Shown here: piece by piece, positions 22,011 through 30,532 of the stretch | Numbering within the stretch: position 1 is the first letter of the stretch | Layout: each line of letters starts with the position of its first letter | Assembly (NCBI GenBank): GCA_963828735.1 | Contig: CAWHFW010000005.1 | Span: forward strand, 2,144,001 to 2,208,000 | Direction of reading: 5' to 3' | Source: an uncultured Gemmatimonadales bacterium | Lineage (GTDB): Bacteria > Gemmatimonadota > Gemmatimonadetes > Gemmatimonadales > GWC2-71-9 | Length of the DNA stretch: 64,000 nt | Notes under the pieces: model-generated | What the model saw: the letters and a program-made list of their open reading frames with translations, nothing else | The model's database searches: none | What the model was told of the DNA's origin: nothing | Made by a program: the position numbers and the translations under genes

Positions 22011-22727
22011 CTATTGCCGTTGCGCCCCGCCGGCAGTGGCCAGCCTGGCCTCGAGTTGCTTGAGCAACGCCCTGGCTGTCGATTCGGATGACGCGGGATT
22101 CTGCCCGGTGATGAGGTTCCCGTCCACCACGGAGTAGTCCGCCCAATCCGCCCCCTTCGAGTACTTCCCGCCGTTCGCCTTGAGCGCATCCTCCACCAGG
22201 AACGGCACCACGTTGGTGAGCCCGACCGCGGCCTCCTCGCTGTTGGCGAACGCCGTGACCGCCTTCCCTCTGACCAGCGGCGTCCCGTCGGGCGCCTTGG
22301 CGTGGCGCAGCACCGCCGGACCATGGCACACCGCGGCGACCGGCTTGCCTGCGGCGTACAGCTGCTCGATCAGGGCGATGGAATCCCGGTCGTTCGCCAG
22401 ATCCCACAGCGGCCCGTGGCCACCCGGATAGAAGATCGCGTCGTAGTCGCCCGCTGACATCGTCGAGAGCTTGACCGTGTTCGCCAGCGCACGCTGCGCC
22501 TCCGGATCCTTCCGGAATCGCGTCATGGCCGGCGTCTGTGCCTTGGGATCATCGCTCTTGGGATCGATCGGCGGCGAGCCACCCTTGGGCGACGCGATCG
22601 TGACGTCGGCCCCGGCGTCCTTGAGGACGTAGTACGGCGCCGCGAACTCCTCCAGCCAGAAACCGGTGGGTTGACCGGTATCGCCCAGCCGGTCGTGGGA
22701 TGTGAGTACCATGAGGACCTTTGCCAT
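22011..22727 (-). CDS. DJ-1/PfpI (type 1 glutamine amidotransferase-like) protein
   Basis: MAKVLMVLTSHD...GFWLEE, PGGHGP, AVCHGP, ITGQNPAS. Confidence 0.93.
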   Translation of the reverse strand: MAKVLMVLTSHDRLGDTGQPTGFWLEEFAAPYYVLKDAGADVTIASPKGGSPPIDPKSDDPKAQTPAMTRFRKDPEAQRALANTVKLSTMSAGDYDAIFYPGGHGPLWDLANDRDSIALIEQLYAAGKPVAAVCHGPAVLRHAKAPDGTPLVRGKAVTAFANSEEAAVGLTNVVPFLVEDALKANGGKYSKGADWADYSVVDGNLITGQNPASSESTARALLKQLEARLATAGGAQRQ

Positions 22728-23156
22728 CGCTCGACTCCGTGTGATTGCTGGTTCTACCTTGGCACGCGCTGCGGTGCGTGCCCGGCGCTCCATCGGAGCG
22801 CACTCCCATCTTGCAGGATAGCGCGGGTTCGCGGGGCAGCAACCCTTCCAGCGGAACCACGTTCTCAATGGCACGAGCATGACCGGTTGGACCCCGACGC
22901 ATCCCTTCACATCGAGGCACGCCACACGCGCTGCCGGCTGGGCGCTCGTGCGACCGCACACTGCAGGGGCCTGCATTGCGCGCCACGAATCGCGCGGCGA
23001 AGCGCGAGAGGGATGAGGTCATCCGCGCGTGCCTTTTTTTCCGACCGCCGGGGTAGTCGGGCGCCCACACCGGCTTACCCTCGAGCCCCGCAGCTGGCAT
23101 GACGAATGCGGCCTCGGCCAGGGTCCAGGCCCTCCACACCTTCGCCGGACCTATCC

Positions 23157-23639
23157 ATGCCAGATACTCCGCGTTCTCCCAGGCCGGATCCGTTGGCGCG
23201 CGAGGTGGACCGCTTGCTGGCCGGCCTCGCCAGTCGCGGAACCCAACCCGACCACGATGCTGCCCCGGGAAGGGGAGCTCCGACACCGAACAAGGCGCCG
23301 CGGCGCGCGGCGCGCCGCGGCCCACGCCCGACGGAAGCCGCGACCCGGCGCGACCACATCGCCCTCTGGGCCCGGGTGCTACTCGGCACCGTGCTCGGCG
23401 GAATGATGACGCAGTGGCCCTATCCCCACGGCTGTGGCCTGCCCCTCGCTGAATACCTCGGGGCGATCGCGATGGTTATGGTCGCAGGCGCCTGGATCGC
23501 GGTCGCCTCCTGGAGCCTCCGTAGCGCACCGAGCCACATCATTTCCCTCCTCCTCCTGCTCTGGGGGATTGCTCTCGCCGCGGGACAGGTCTTGCCGCGC
23601 ATCGGCTATGCGGCAGTGCGGTTGAGCTGGCACTGCTGA
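23157..23639 (+). CDS. Hypothetical membrane protein
   Basis: DPLAREVDRLLAGL N-terminus, three hydrophobic helices, WPY..CG and C-terminal LPRIGYA...W.C. Confidence 0.7.
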   Translation: MPDTPRSPRPDPLAREVDRLLAGLASRGTQPDHDAAPGRGAPTPNKAPRRAARRGPRPTEAATRRDHIALWARVLLGTVLGGMMTQWPYPHGCGLPLAEYLGAIAMVMVAGAWIAVASWSLRSAPSHIISLLLLLWGIALAAGQVLPRIGYAAVRLSWHC

Positions 23640-23846
23640 TCGGCCTACGATAGACACCATCCAGACCAGATCACCCTGCCGGTGCTCCGATTTCCTGAAG
23701 GCGTGACGCCGCGGCGGTGACCTTCAGGGCGGCGTGGCAGGTCGGGTTCCCCGCTGACGCTGTCGCGCCCCGGATCCCGGCCACAGATTCAGGAGATCGA
23801 TAGCTACGGGACCGCACCACCACGGCCTACCCCGCGGAGCTTCGGC

Positions 23847-25454
23847 ATGCACGAGCAGGTCACTCTCATGCGCCCCGACGCGCGTGGCTCAGCCGCTCGG
23901 GGGATCTCCTCGGGATTCCCGACCGACTTGCTGGGCCAGGCCGCAGGACGCCTCCGCGTCCTCGCCTTGCTGTACGCGTTCGTCTTCTTCATGGCCGGAA
24001 TCTTCCCCGCGCTGCTGATTCCCGGAGACCGGGCCCGATATCTCGGAAGCATCCTGCAGTGGGGTCCTGGCGTGGCCGGGATCGTGGTCGCGCTGCTCGT
24101 CGCGGCGGTGATCAAGAGCCCGCGCCTTCCGCTGCCGGCGGCCATGACCATCGGGCTGGCGTTCGAGATCGTCAGCAGCTACACCATCGCCGCGGCAGAG
24201 TTCGGCGATCCTATGGGCCTCGAGATGCACCAGGGGTTCATGGGCCTCTCCTGGGTCGCGGTCTGGGTCGTGCTGTTCACGGTCGTCGTGCCGACCTCGC
24301 CGCGCCGGGCGGTCCTGACCGCCCTGAGCTCGGTCAGCGCCGTCCCCGTCCTCATCGGACTCCTCATCGCGTCCGGCGCGACCTCCCTCAGGTTGAGCCC
24401 GGCACAGTACTTCTTCGGGCTGGTGTTTCCTTACCTGCTCGTGGTGTGTATGGCATATGTCGGCGCCCGCGTCGTCTACCATCTGGGCACCGAGGTGAAG
24501 CGCGCGCGCGAGCTGGGCAGCTACTACCTGGAGGAGAAGCTCGGTGAGGGAGGGATGGGGCAGGTCTGGCGAGCGCGGCATCGCATGCTGGCGAGGCCCG
24601 CCGCGATCAAGCTGATCCGGCCCTCGCTGGCCGGGGATGGCCATGCCGGAGTGTCGGAGGAGGCCGCCCGCCGGTTCGAGCGCGAGGCCCAGGTCATCGC
24701 CCGCCTCCGCTCACCCCACACGGTGGAGCTGTTCGACTTCGGGGTGGCCGACGACGGCGCGTTCTACTACGTCATGGAGCTGCTCGACGGCCTCGATGCC
24801 GACTCGCTCCTCCGCCGCTTCGGGCCGACCCCGCCCGAGCGGGCCATCTACCTGCTGCGCCAGATCTGCCACTCGCTCTCCGAGGCCCAGTCGCACGGCC
24901 TGGTGCATCGGGACATCAAGCCCGCGAACATCTTCGTCTGCCGCTACGGCGAGGAGTACGACTTCGTGAAGGTGCTGGATTTCGGAATCGTGGGAGCAGC
25001 CCATGGCGGGGCCGACACGAATGCGGTGCAGACGCGGGAGAACGCGGTTCAGGGCACACCGGCGTTCATTGCCCCGGAGCAGGCGATGGGAGTCGAGCTG
25101 GACGGGCGCGCCGACATCTACGCGACCGGCTGCGTGGCCTACTGGCTCCTGACGGGGCAGCTCGTCTTCACGGCCGAGAACCCCATGGCGCTGGTGATGC
25201 AGCACATCCGGGCGCAGCCCGTGCCTCCGTCGGCTCGGACGGATCGGCCGGTTCCCCGGGCACTCGACGACCTCGTGCTGTCCTGCCTGGCCAAAGACCC
25301 CGCGCACCGGCCTCAGTCTGCCCGAGAGTTGTCGCGCCGGCTGGCCGAGGTCGAAGGTGCGAGCCCCTGGACGCAGGAGCGAGCGCGCGAGTGGTGGACG
25401 ATGCACCAGCCGGCGGGAGAATCGGGCACGCCGGTTCCTGCCTCAAGCCTCTAA
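23847..25454 (+). CDS. Ser/Thr kinase with N-terminal multi-TM domain
   Basis: About six TM segments, then GEGGMG, AAIK, HRDIKPAN, DFG, APE. Confidence 0.93.
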   Translation: MHEQVTLMRPDARGSAARGISSGFPTDLLGQAAGRLRVLALLYAFVFFMAGIFPALLIPGDRARYLGSILQWGPGVAGIVVALLVAAVIKSPRLPLPAAMTIGLAFEIVSSYTIAAAEFGDPMGLEMHQGFMGLSWVAVWVVLFTVVVPTSPRRAVLTALSSVSAVPVLIGLLIASGATSLRLSPAQYFFGLVFPYLLVVCMAYVGARVVYHLGTEVKRARELGSYYLEEKLGEGGMGQVWRARHRMLARPAAIKLIRPSLAGDGHAGVSEEAARRFEREAQVIARLRSPHTVELFDFGVADDGAFYYVMELLDGLDADSLLRRFGPTPPERAIYLLRQICHSLSEAQSHGLVHRDIKPANIFVCRYGEEYDFVKVLDFGIVGAAHGGADTNAVQTRENAVQGTPAFIAPEQAMGVELDGRADIYATGCVAYWLLTGQLVFTAENPMALVMQHIRAQPVPPSARTDRPVPRALDDLVLSCLAKDPAHRPQSARELSRRLAEVEGASPWTQERAREWWTMHQPAGESGTPVPASSL

Positions 25455-28132
25455 CGCGTCGTCCGCCGCCGCACCTCGCCGAACCAGTTCTCCGCCTCCA
25501 CTACCGTCGGCGCCGCGGACGCCTGCGCCGGCAACCGAGGCCGGTTGAACAGGAAGCCTCGGCCGTCCGGGAGCACCTCGTACGACTCGTGAAAGGCCTC
25601 GTCCAGGTAATCCGACGTACTCAGCACCGGCGTAAGCTCGGTCACCTCGAAGCCGCGCGCGGTCTCGATCCGCGCCGCGATCAACCGATTGGCGCTCTTG
25701 AAGTACAGCTCCCGCCCGTCAGGTGACCAGCGCGGCTGTATCCCGCCACCGTTCGAGACCTGCCATCGCCCGCCGGTCGTCCCTGGAAACGACCGGACAT
25801 ATACCTCCTGCGCTCCCGACTCGTTCGACGTATAGGCGAGCCACCTGCCGTCCGGCGAGACCGCCGGCTGCAGCTCGGTGAAGTTGTCTTCCACCAGGGG
25901 GACCGGCGTCGTATCGCCGCTGGTTCGGACGCCGACGATGTCGCCCAGGCCGGCCGTGCCGTTGTCGGTCCTCATCAGCAGCCAGCGCCCGTCCGGCGAC
26001 CAGGTGACCTCCTGCACCTGCCGGTCCAGCCGCGCGAGCAGCCGCTGCGGCGTGCTGCCGTCGGCGGGCCGCGCGTAGACGACGCTGGTGGTGGCCGAAT
26101 CGTGAATGAACCCGACCGTGCGCCCGTCGGGCGACCAGGCCGGTCGCCGGTTCTGTCCGCCGAAGGTGAGCCGGGTGAACGGCCCCCGGTCGAGCTGCTT
26201 GATCCAGATGTCCAGGTTGCCGGCCACGAGGCCGACGCCCACCGCGACCCGGCGCCCGTCGGGCGACAGCGCGAAGGAGTTGTAGGGCCCGTGCCAGGCC
26301 GTGTCGATCGGGGACACCGCGCCCTCGCGGGTCACTCGAACCAGCTGGCCCTCGTTGAAGGCGGCAGCTCCCTGCATGTATACCAGCGCACCCGAGCGCG
26401 AGACGGTCAGGTTGGCGGCACCGTTGCTGACCATCACACCCTCCAAGACCGGTACCGCGGGTCCCGTGAGCGCCAGCTTATCGAGATCGAAGGGCGCGAC
26501 CAGCGCCGTCCCATCCCGCCGCACGTACAGCAGTTGCCCGGCGGGGAGGTAAAGGCCCCCCGTCGCGTCGTCGACCAGAAGGCGCTGGTGACCGGTCCTG
26601 AGGTCGAGCACATGAAGGCTCATCCCCACGCAAGCCGAGGTGCAGGTGGTGAACACGACGCCGCGCGCTCCCGGGAGCCCCATGGGTAGGCCAATCCCCA
26701 GTCCCGCCAGTGTCTTGTCCTCCAGTGCGACCGTGCTGGCGCCGCCCTCGGCGCTCACCCGCAGGAGCGGCCTTCCCTCGAGGCCGGGCCCCGGATACAC
26801 CAGCGTATTGTCGTCCAGCCAGGCGACGCCGCCTTGCGTCCGGTCCGCCGAGTCAGCCAAGGTCACGGCCCCGCCCTCGCCGGGCCGGACCTTCTTGAGG
26901 CGCGTACCGGCCAGGAAGGCGATCCACTGCCCGTCGGGCGAGAAGGTCGGAAAGACGCCATCCTCCGTGCCCTGGATCGGGGTGGCCCGGAGCTCTCCGC
27001 GGCGCTTGAGCCAGATGCGTCCGCGGGTCACGGTGTCCACGATGGCGAGCGCGGAGCCATCGGGCGAGACCGCCAGCGGCCCGGCAATCGTGGAGGCCAC
27101 TAGCTCGGGGCCGAAGGCCACGTACCGCCAGGTCGTGGGGCCGCGCGAAGCCTGACTCCGCCAAGCCCATGCGGCGCCACCCACGGCGAGCACCGCGAGA
27201 ACCCACGGCACCGCGGCCACGGCGCGCGCGCGCACCGTCGCCATCCGTGTCGCGCCGGCAGGGACCCGGGAGGCGGGTGTCACCACCGTCGTGGCCCCCG
27301 GCCGCGCGAGCGCCTCCGAGAACAGGGCCGCCGTCGCGAACCGGTCCGCCGGCAGCTTCGAGAGCGCCGTCACCACCGCCGCCTCGACGTGCGGCGGGAC
27401 CGTCTTCCGCTGCAGCGTGAGCGAGCGCGGCTCCTCGGTCATCACCCGCGCAATGATGGCCTGCGCGGTGGGGCCGGTGAACGGCGGCTCGCCGGTGAGC
27501 ATCTCGTACAGCACGCAGCCCAGCGCGTAGACGTCGCTCTTGGACGTGATCTCGCGCTCGCCCATCGCCTGCTCGGGACTCATGTAGGCCGGCGTGCCGA
27601 GACTCATCCCGGTCTCGGTCATGCGCGTGCCGCCTTCGGAACGTGCGGCGGCCAGGGCGATCCCGAAGTCCGCCACCAGCGCCCGCCCGTCGTGCAGCAG
27701 GATGTTCTCCGGCTTGATGTCGCGATGGATCACACCGTGGCGGTGCGCGTAGTCGAGCGCATCGGCCACCTCTCGCGCGATCCGCACCGCCTCGTCCACG
27801 GGAAGCTGCTTCTCGCGGGTGAGCCGGACCCGGAGACTCTCGCCCTCCACGTAGGGCATGACGTAGAACACGAGCCCGTCGGCCTCGCCGGAGTCGAACA
27901 GACTCAGGATGTGGGGGTGCTGCAGGTTGGCGGTGGTCTTGATCTCGCCCAGGAAACGCGCGGCGCCCAGGATGGCCGACAGCTCCGGCCGCAGCACCTT
28001 GAGCGCGACCTTGCGGTCGTGGCGGAGATCGTGCGCGAGGTAGACCGTCGCCATCCCGCCTTGCCCCAGCTCGTGCTCGAGGCGATAGCGGTCGGCGAGA
28101 GCGGTCGTCAGGTGCCCGAGGTGTTCGGCCAG
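25451..28132 (-). CDS. Ser/Thr kinase with TM helix and PD40/TolB-like beta-propellers
   Basis: HRDIKPEN, DFG, SPE; repeated SPDG blades. The frame extends upstream of ATG 28054 through ALADRY...GQGG to CTG 28132, which follows a GGAG. Confidence 0.9.
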   Translation of the reverse strand: MAEHLGHLTTALADRYRLEHELGQGGMATVYLAHDLRHDRKVALKVLRPELSAILGAARFLGEIKTTANLQHPHILSLFDSGEADGLVFYVMPYVEGESLRVRLTREKQLPVDEAVRIAREVADALDYAHRHGVIHRDIKPENILLHDGRALVADFGIALAAARSEGGTRMTETGMSLGTPAYMSPEQAMGEREITSKSDVYALGCVLYEMLTGEPPFTGPTAQAIIARVMTEEPRSLTLQRKTVPPHVEAAVVTALSKLPADRFATAALFSEALARPGATTVVTPASRVPAGATRMATVRARAVAAVPWVLAVLAVGGAAWAWRSQASRGPTTWRYVAFGPELVASTIAGPLAVSPDGSALAIVDTVTRGRIWLKRRGELRATPIQGTEDGVFPTFSPDGQWIAFLAGTRLKKVRPGEGGAVTLADSADRTQGGVAWLDDNTLVYPGPGLEGRPLLRVSAEGGASTVALEDKTLAGLGIGLPMGLPGARGVVFTTCTSACVGMSLHVLDLRTGHQRLLVDDATGGLYLPAGQLLYVRRDGTALVAPFDLDKLALTGPAVPVLEGVMVSNGAANLTVSRSGALVYMQGAAAFNEGQLVRVTREGAVSPIDTAWHGPYNSFALSPDGRRVAVGVGLVAGNLDIWIKQLDRGPFTRLTFGGQNRRPAWSPDGRTVGFIHDSATTSVVYARPADGSTPQRLLARLDRQVQEVTWSPDGRWLLMRTDNGTAGLGDIVGVRTSGDTTPVPLVEDNFTELQPAVSPDGRWLAYTSNESGAQEVYVRSFPGTTGGRWQVSNGGGIQPRWSPDGRELYFKSANRLIAARIETARGFEVTELTPVLSTSDYLDEAFHESYEVLPDGRGFLFNRPRLPAQASAAPTVVEAENWFGEVRRRTTR

Positions 28133-28399
28133 GTATGCTCCGGGGTTGGGAGCCGCGCTGAGCTGGGGGTATTGCGTGAGGTAGCGCGTACTGAAATCGC
28201 GTATTGAAGATGTCCCGTGGCCGGGCGGACAGCCAGTCCACCCGCGGCAGACGCGCCGGGTTGGGAACCGCCGGAATCCTTTCGAGGATTTCGCTGGCGA
28301 CTCGCCAGCTCCCCATCAGGGTGGCCGCCTTCGGGACCGAGCACTATGTTGGTTTGCATCCGCCCGACCCCCCTTCAGTGCCGCCGTCATGAGGATCCC

Positions 28400-29653
28400 A
28401 TGCTACGCCAGCGTACGTTCGGTTTCGCCATTGCCGCCGCGGTGACCATCGCCCTCGGCAGTTGCTCGGACGACACCACTCTCCCCAGCGCCCCCTCCAC
28501 TACACCCGACCTCGCGCTCACCAGCGCGCAGCAGGACCTGGCCGACGATCCCGTCGCGCTCGCGCGCGCGGTGCCGGGCTTCGGCGGCTTTTTCGTGGAC
28601 GAGCAGGGCACCCCAACGGTCTACCTCACCACCACGGGCCGGCGTGCGGCGGCGGAGCAGGCGCTCGCGCCATGGCTCCGCGAGCGCAACCGGGCGGCGG
28701 CCGCATTGCGTGTGCTGCCGGCCCGATTCGCCTGGACGGATCTCGAGCGCTGGTCCGCGCAGGCCTCGACCGAAGTGCTCGCCGTGCCGGGCTCCGTGTT
28801 CGTGGACGCGGACGAAGCGGGCAACCGGGTGCACATCGGCGTCGAGCACGCCGCCGCGGCGAATCGGGCTCGGAGCGTGCTCGCCCGTCTGGGCATCCCG
28901 GCCGCCGCGGTGGACGTGGAAATCGTCGCGCCGTTCCGCCGGGTCGCGACCTTGCGCGGCTCGGTGCGGCCGGTGGTGGCCGGCGTGCAGATCAATTTCC
29001 CCGGCTTCCTCTGCAGCCTCGGATTCAACGCCACCCGCCAGGGCGTGGCCGGGTTCGTGACAGCGTCGCACTGCACCAGTACTCAGGGCGGCGTTCAGAG
29101 CACGCCCTACTGGCAGCCGTTGCAGACCACCAAACCGGTGCAGATCGCCACTGAGACCGTGGATCCGGCCTACAAGGGCACGATCGCGGGCTGTCCGAGC
29201 GGCCGGAAGTGTCGCCGAAGCGATGCGGCGTTCGCCAAATACATCAACGCCACGAAGAACACCCTGGGCAGGATCGCACGGACGGGTTCCATGAGCTCGA
29301 CCGATCTCACGATCGTGGGCGGTTGGACGATCACCGGCAACGCCACGTCGACCTCGTTCACCGTCGGCGAGACCGTGAACAAGGTCGGACGGACCACCGG
29401 ATGGAGCCGTGGCAAGGTGGCGGCCACCTGCGTCACCGTGAACGTGAGCGGCTCGAACATCACGCAGATCTGCCAGACTATCGTGAATGCGACGGTGGGC
29501 GCCGGCGATAGCGGTTCCGACGTATTCACGGTGACGAGCGGCACCAACGTCAAGCTCGACGGTGTTCTGTGGGGTGCGTCGGGCAACACCACGTTCGTGT
29601 TCAGTCCGTTCGCGAACATCACCGGCGAGCTCGGCGCACTCACGACGCACTGA
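28400..29653 (+). CDS. Lipoprotein serine protease, S1 (alpha-lytic protease-like) with pro-region
   Basis: ALGSC lipobox; triad motifs TASHC, SDAA, GDSGS; KVGRTTG. Confidence 0.88.
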   Translation: MLRQRTFGFAIAAAVTIALGSCSDDTTLPSAPSTTPDLALTSAQQDLADDPVALARAVPGFGGFFVDEQGTPTVYLTTTGRRAAAEQALAPWLRERNRAAAALRVLPARFAWTDLERWSAQASTEVLAVPGSVFVDADEAGNRVHIGVEHAAAANRARSVLARLGIPAAAVDVEIVAPFRRVATLRGSVRPVVAGVQINFPGFLCSLGFNATRQGVAGFVTASHCTSTQGGVQSTPYWQPLQTTKPVQIATETVDPAYKGTIAGCPSGRKCRRSDAAFAKYINATKNTLGRIARTGSMSSTDLTIVGGWTITGNATSTSFTVGETVNKVGRTTGWSRGKVAATCVTVNVSGSNITQICQTIVNATVGAGDSGSDVFTVTSGTNVKLDGVLWGASGNTTFVFSPFANITGELGALTTH

Positions 29654-29887
29654 CACCCCGTAGGCAGGGCGCTACGACTCCTGCAGCTCCATGTGCATCG
29701 TCGTGATGGAGCGAGACCGAAGGGCTCCCGCGAATATGGCGGGCCGGGTCGGGATGCGTCAAACGCCATGCGCTGCGCCGGCGGGTCGCGAATTCGGGCC
29801 GCCCCGGCTGGATGCCGGTCACTACCAACGCGTTCCCGACACCTCCTGTATCCCTGGAGAGAGCCAAGGACGTTTTCAGGAGGGATC

Positions 29888-30298
29888 ATGCGTAGGTCAC
29901 GAGCTCCATTCACCGCCGCCGTGCTGCTCCTGGCGGCCGGATGCGCCCGGTCACCGGCCCCGCCCGCGGGCCCGTCACCGGTGGCCTCCGCCGACACCAA
30001 CCGTGCAGGAACCTCGCGCGGCATCCCGGTGCAGGTGAACAACGAGAATTTCAACGAGATGATGGTCTACCTCGTGCACGACGGGACGAGATGGCTGATC
30101 GGCCAGGTGGGCGGCCTGGCGGAGACCACGCTGACCGTTCCCGCCAGCCTCGCGCCCGCGGATGAGCGCGTCAGGCTCAGGGCGGAAGCCGTCGGCGGAG
30201 GCGGGACCACGACGCCGGTGCTGATCGTGCCGCCCGGACAGCAGGTGCACTGGACCATCGGCGCCGACCCGACGATGTCCAACGCCTCCGCAGGGTGA
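29888..30298 (+). CDS. Small hypothetical lipoprotein
   Basis: LLLAAGC lipobox; beta-rich V.N.NF..M.VY domain. Confidence 0.75.
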   Translation: MRRSRAPFTAAVLLLAAGCARSPAPPAGPSPVASADTNRAGTSRGIPVQVNNENFNEMMVYLVHDGTRWLIGQVGGLAETTLTVPASLAPADERVRLRAEAVGGGGTTTPVLIVPPGQQVHWTIGADPTMSNASAG

Positions 30299-30304
30299 CT
30301 CAAA

Positions 30305-30330
30305 GGGCCGGGGACGAGTGCGCCCGGCCC
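30305..30330 (+). terminator. Possible terminator hairpin
   Basis: GGGCCGGG...CCCGGCCC just after the stop codon; weak U-tract. Confidence 0.4.
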
Positions 30331-30532
30331 GCTGCTTTCCCGCCCGGCGCGGTGATCCGACCGCGGACACGACCTTGCTCCGACACGAATCCGCCTGAGA
30401 TGATGTGCACTTCGTGAGGTCAGCCCGCACGGCTGGCGCACCGCGTCCCGGGCCGCTTACTTACCATCTCGTCACTCGACGCCCCCGACCCCGCTCAAGA
30501 CAGCGATTCTCTCGACCTCAGGAGCCTCCCCC

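Noticed and set aside
23694..23728. Inverted repeat CCTGAAGG...CCTTCAGG
   Set aside because: Single short hairpin with no U-tract or second copy; no function can be supported.
29722..29750. Purine riboswitch-like hairpin CCCGC-GAATATG-GCGGG
   Set aside because: It resembles only the P2 loop; the flanking UAUAA and UUUCUACC core and P3 are absent.
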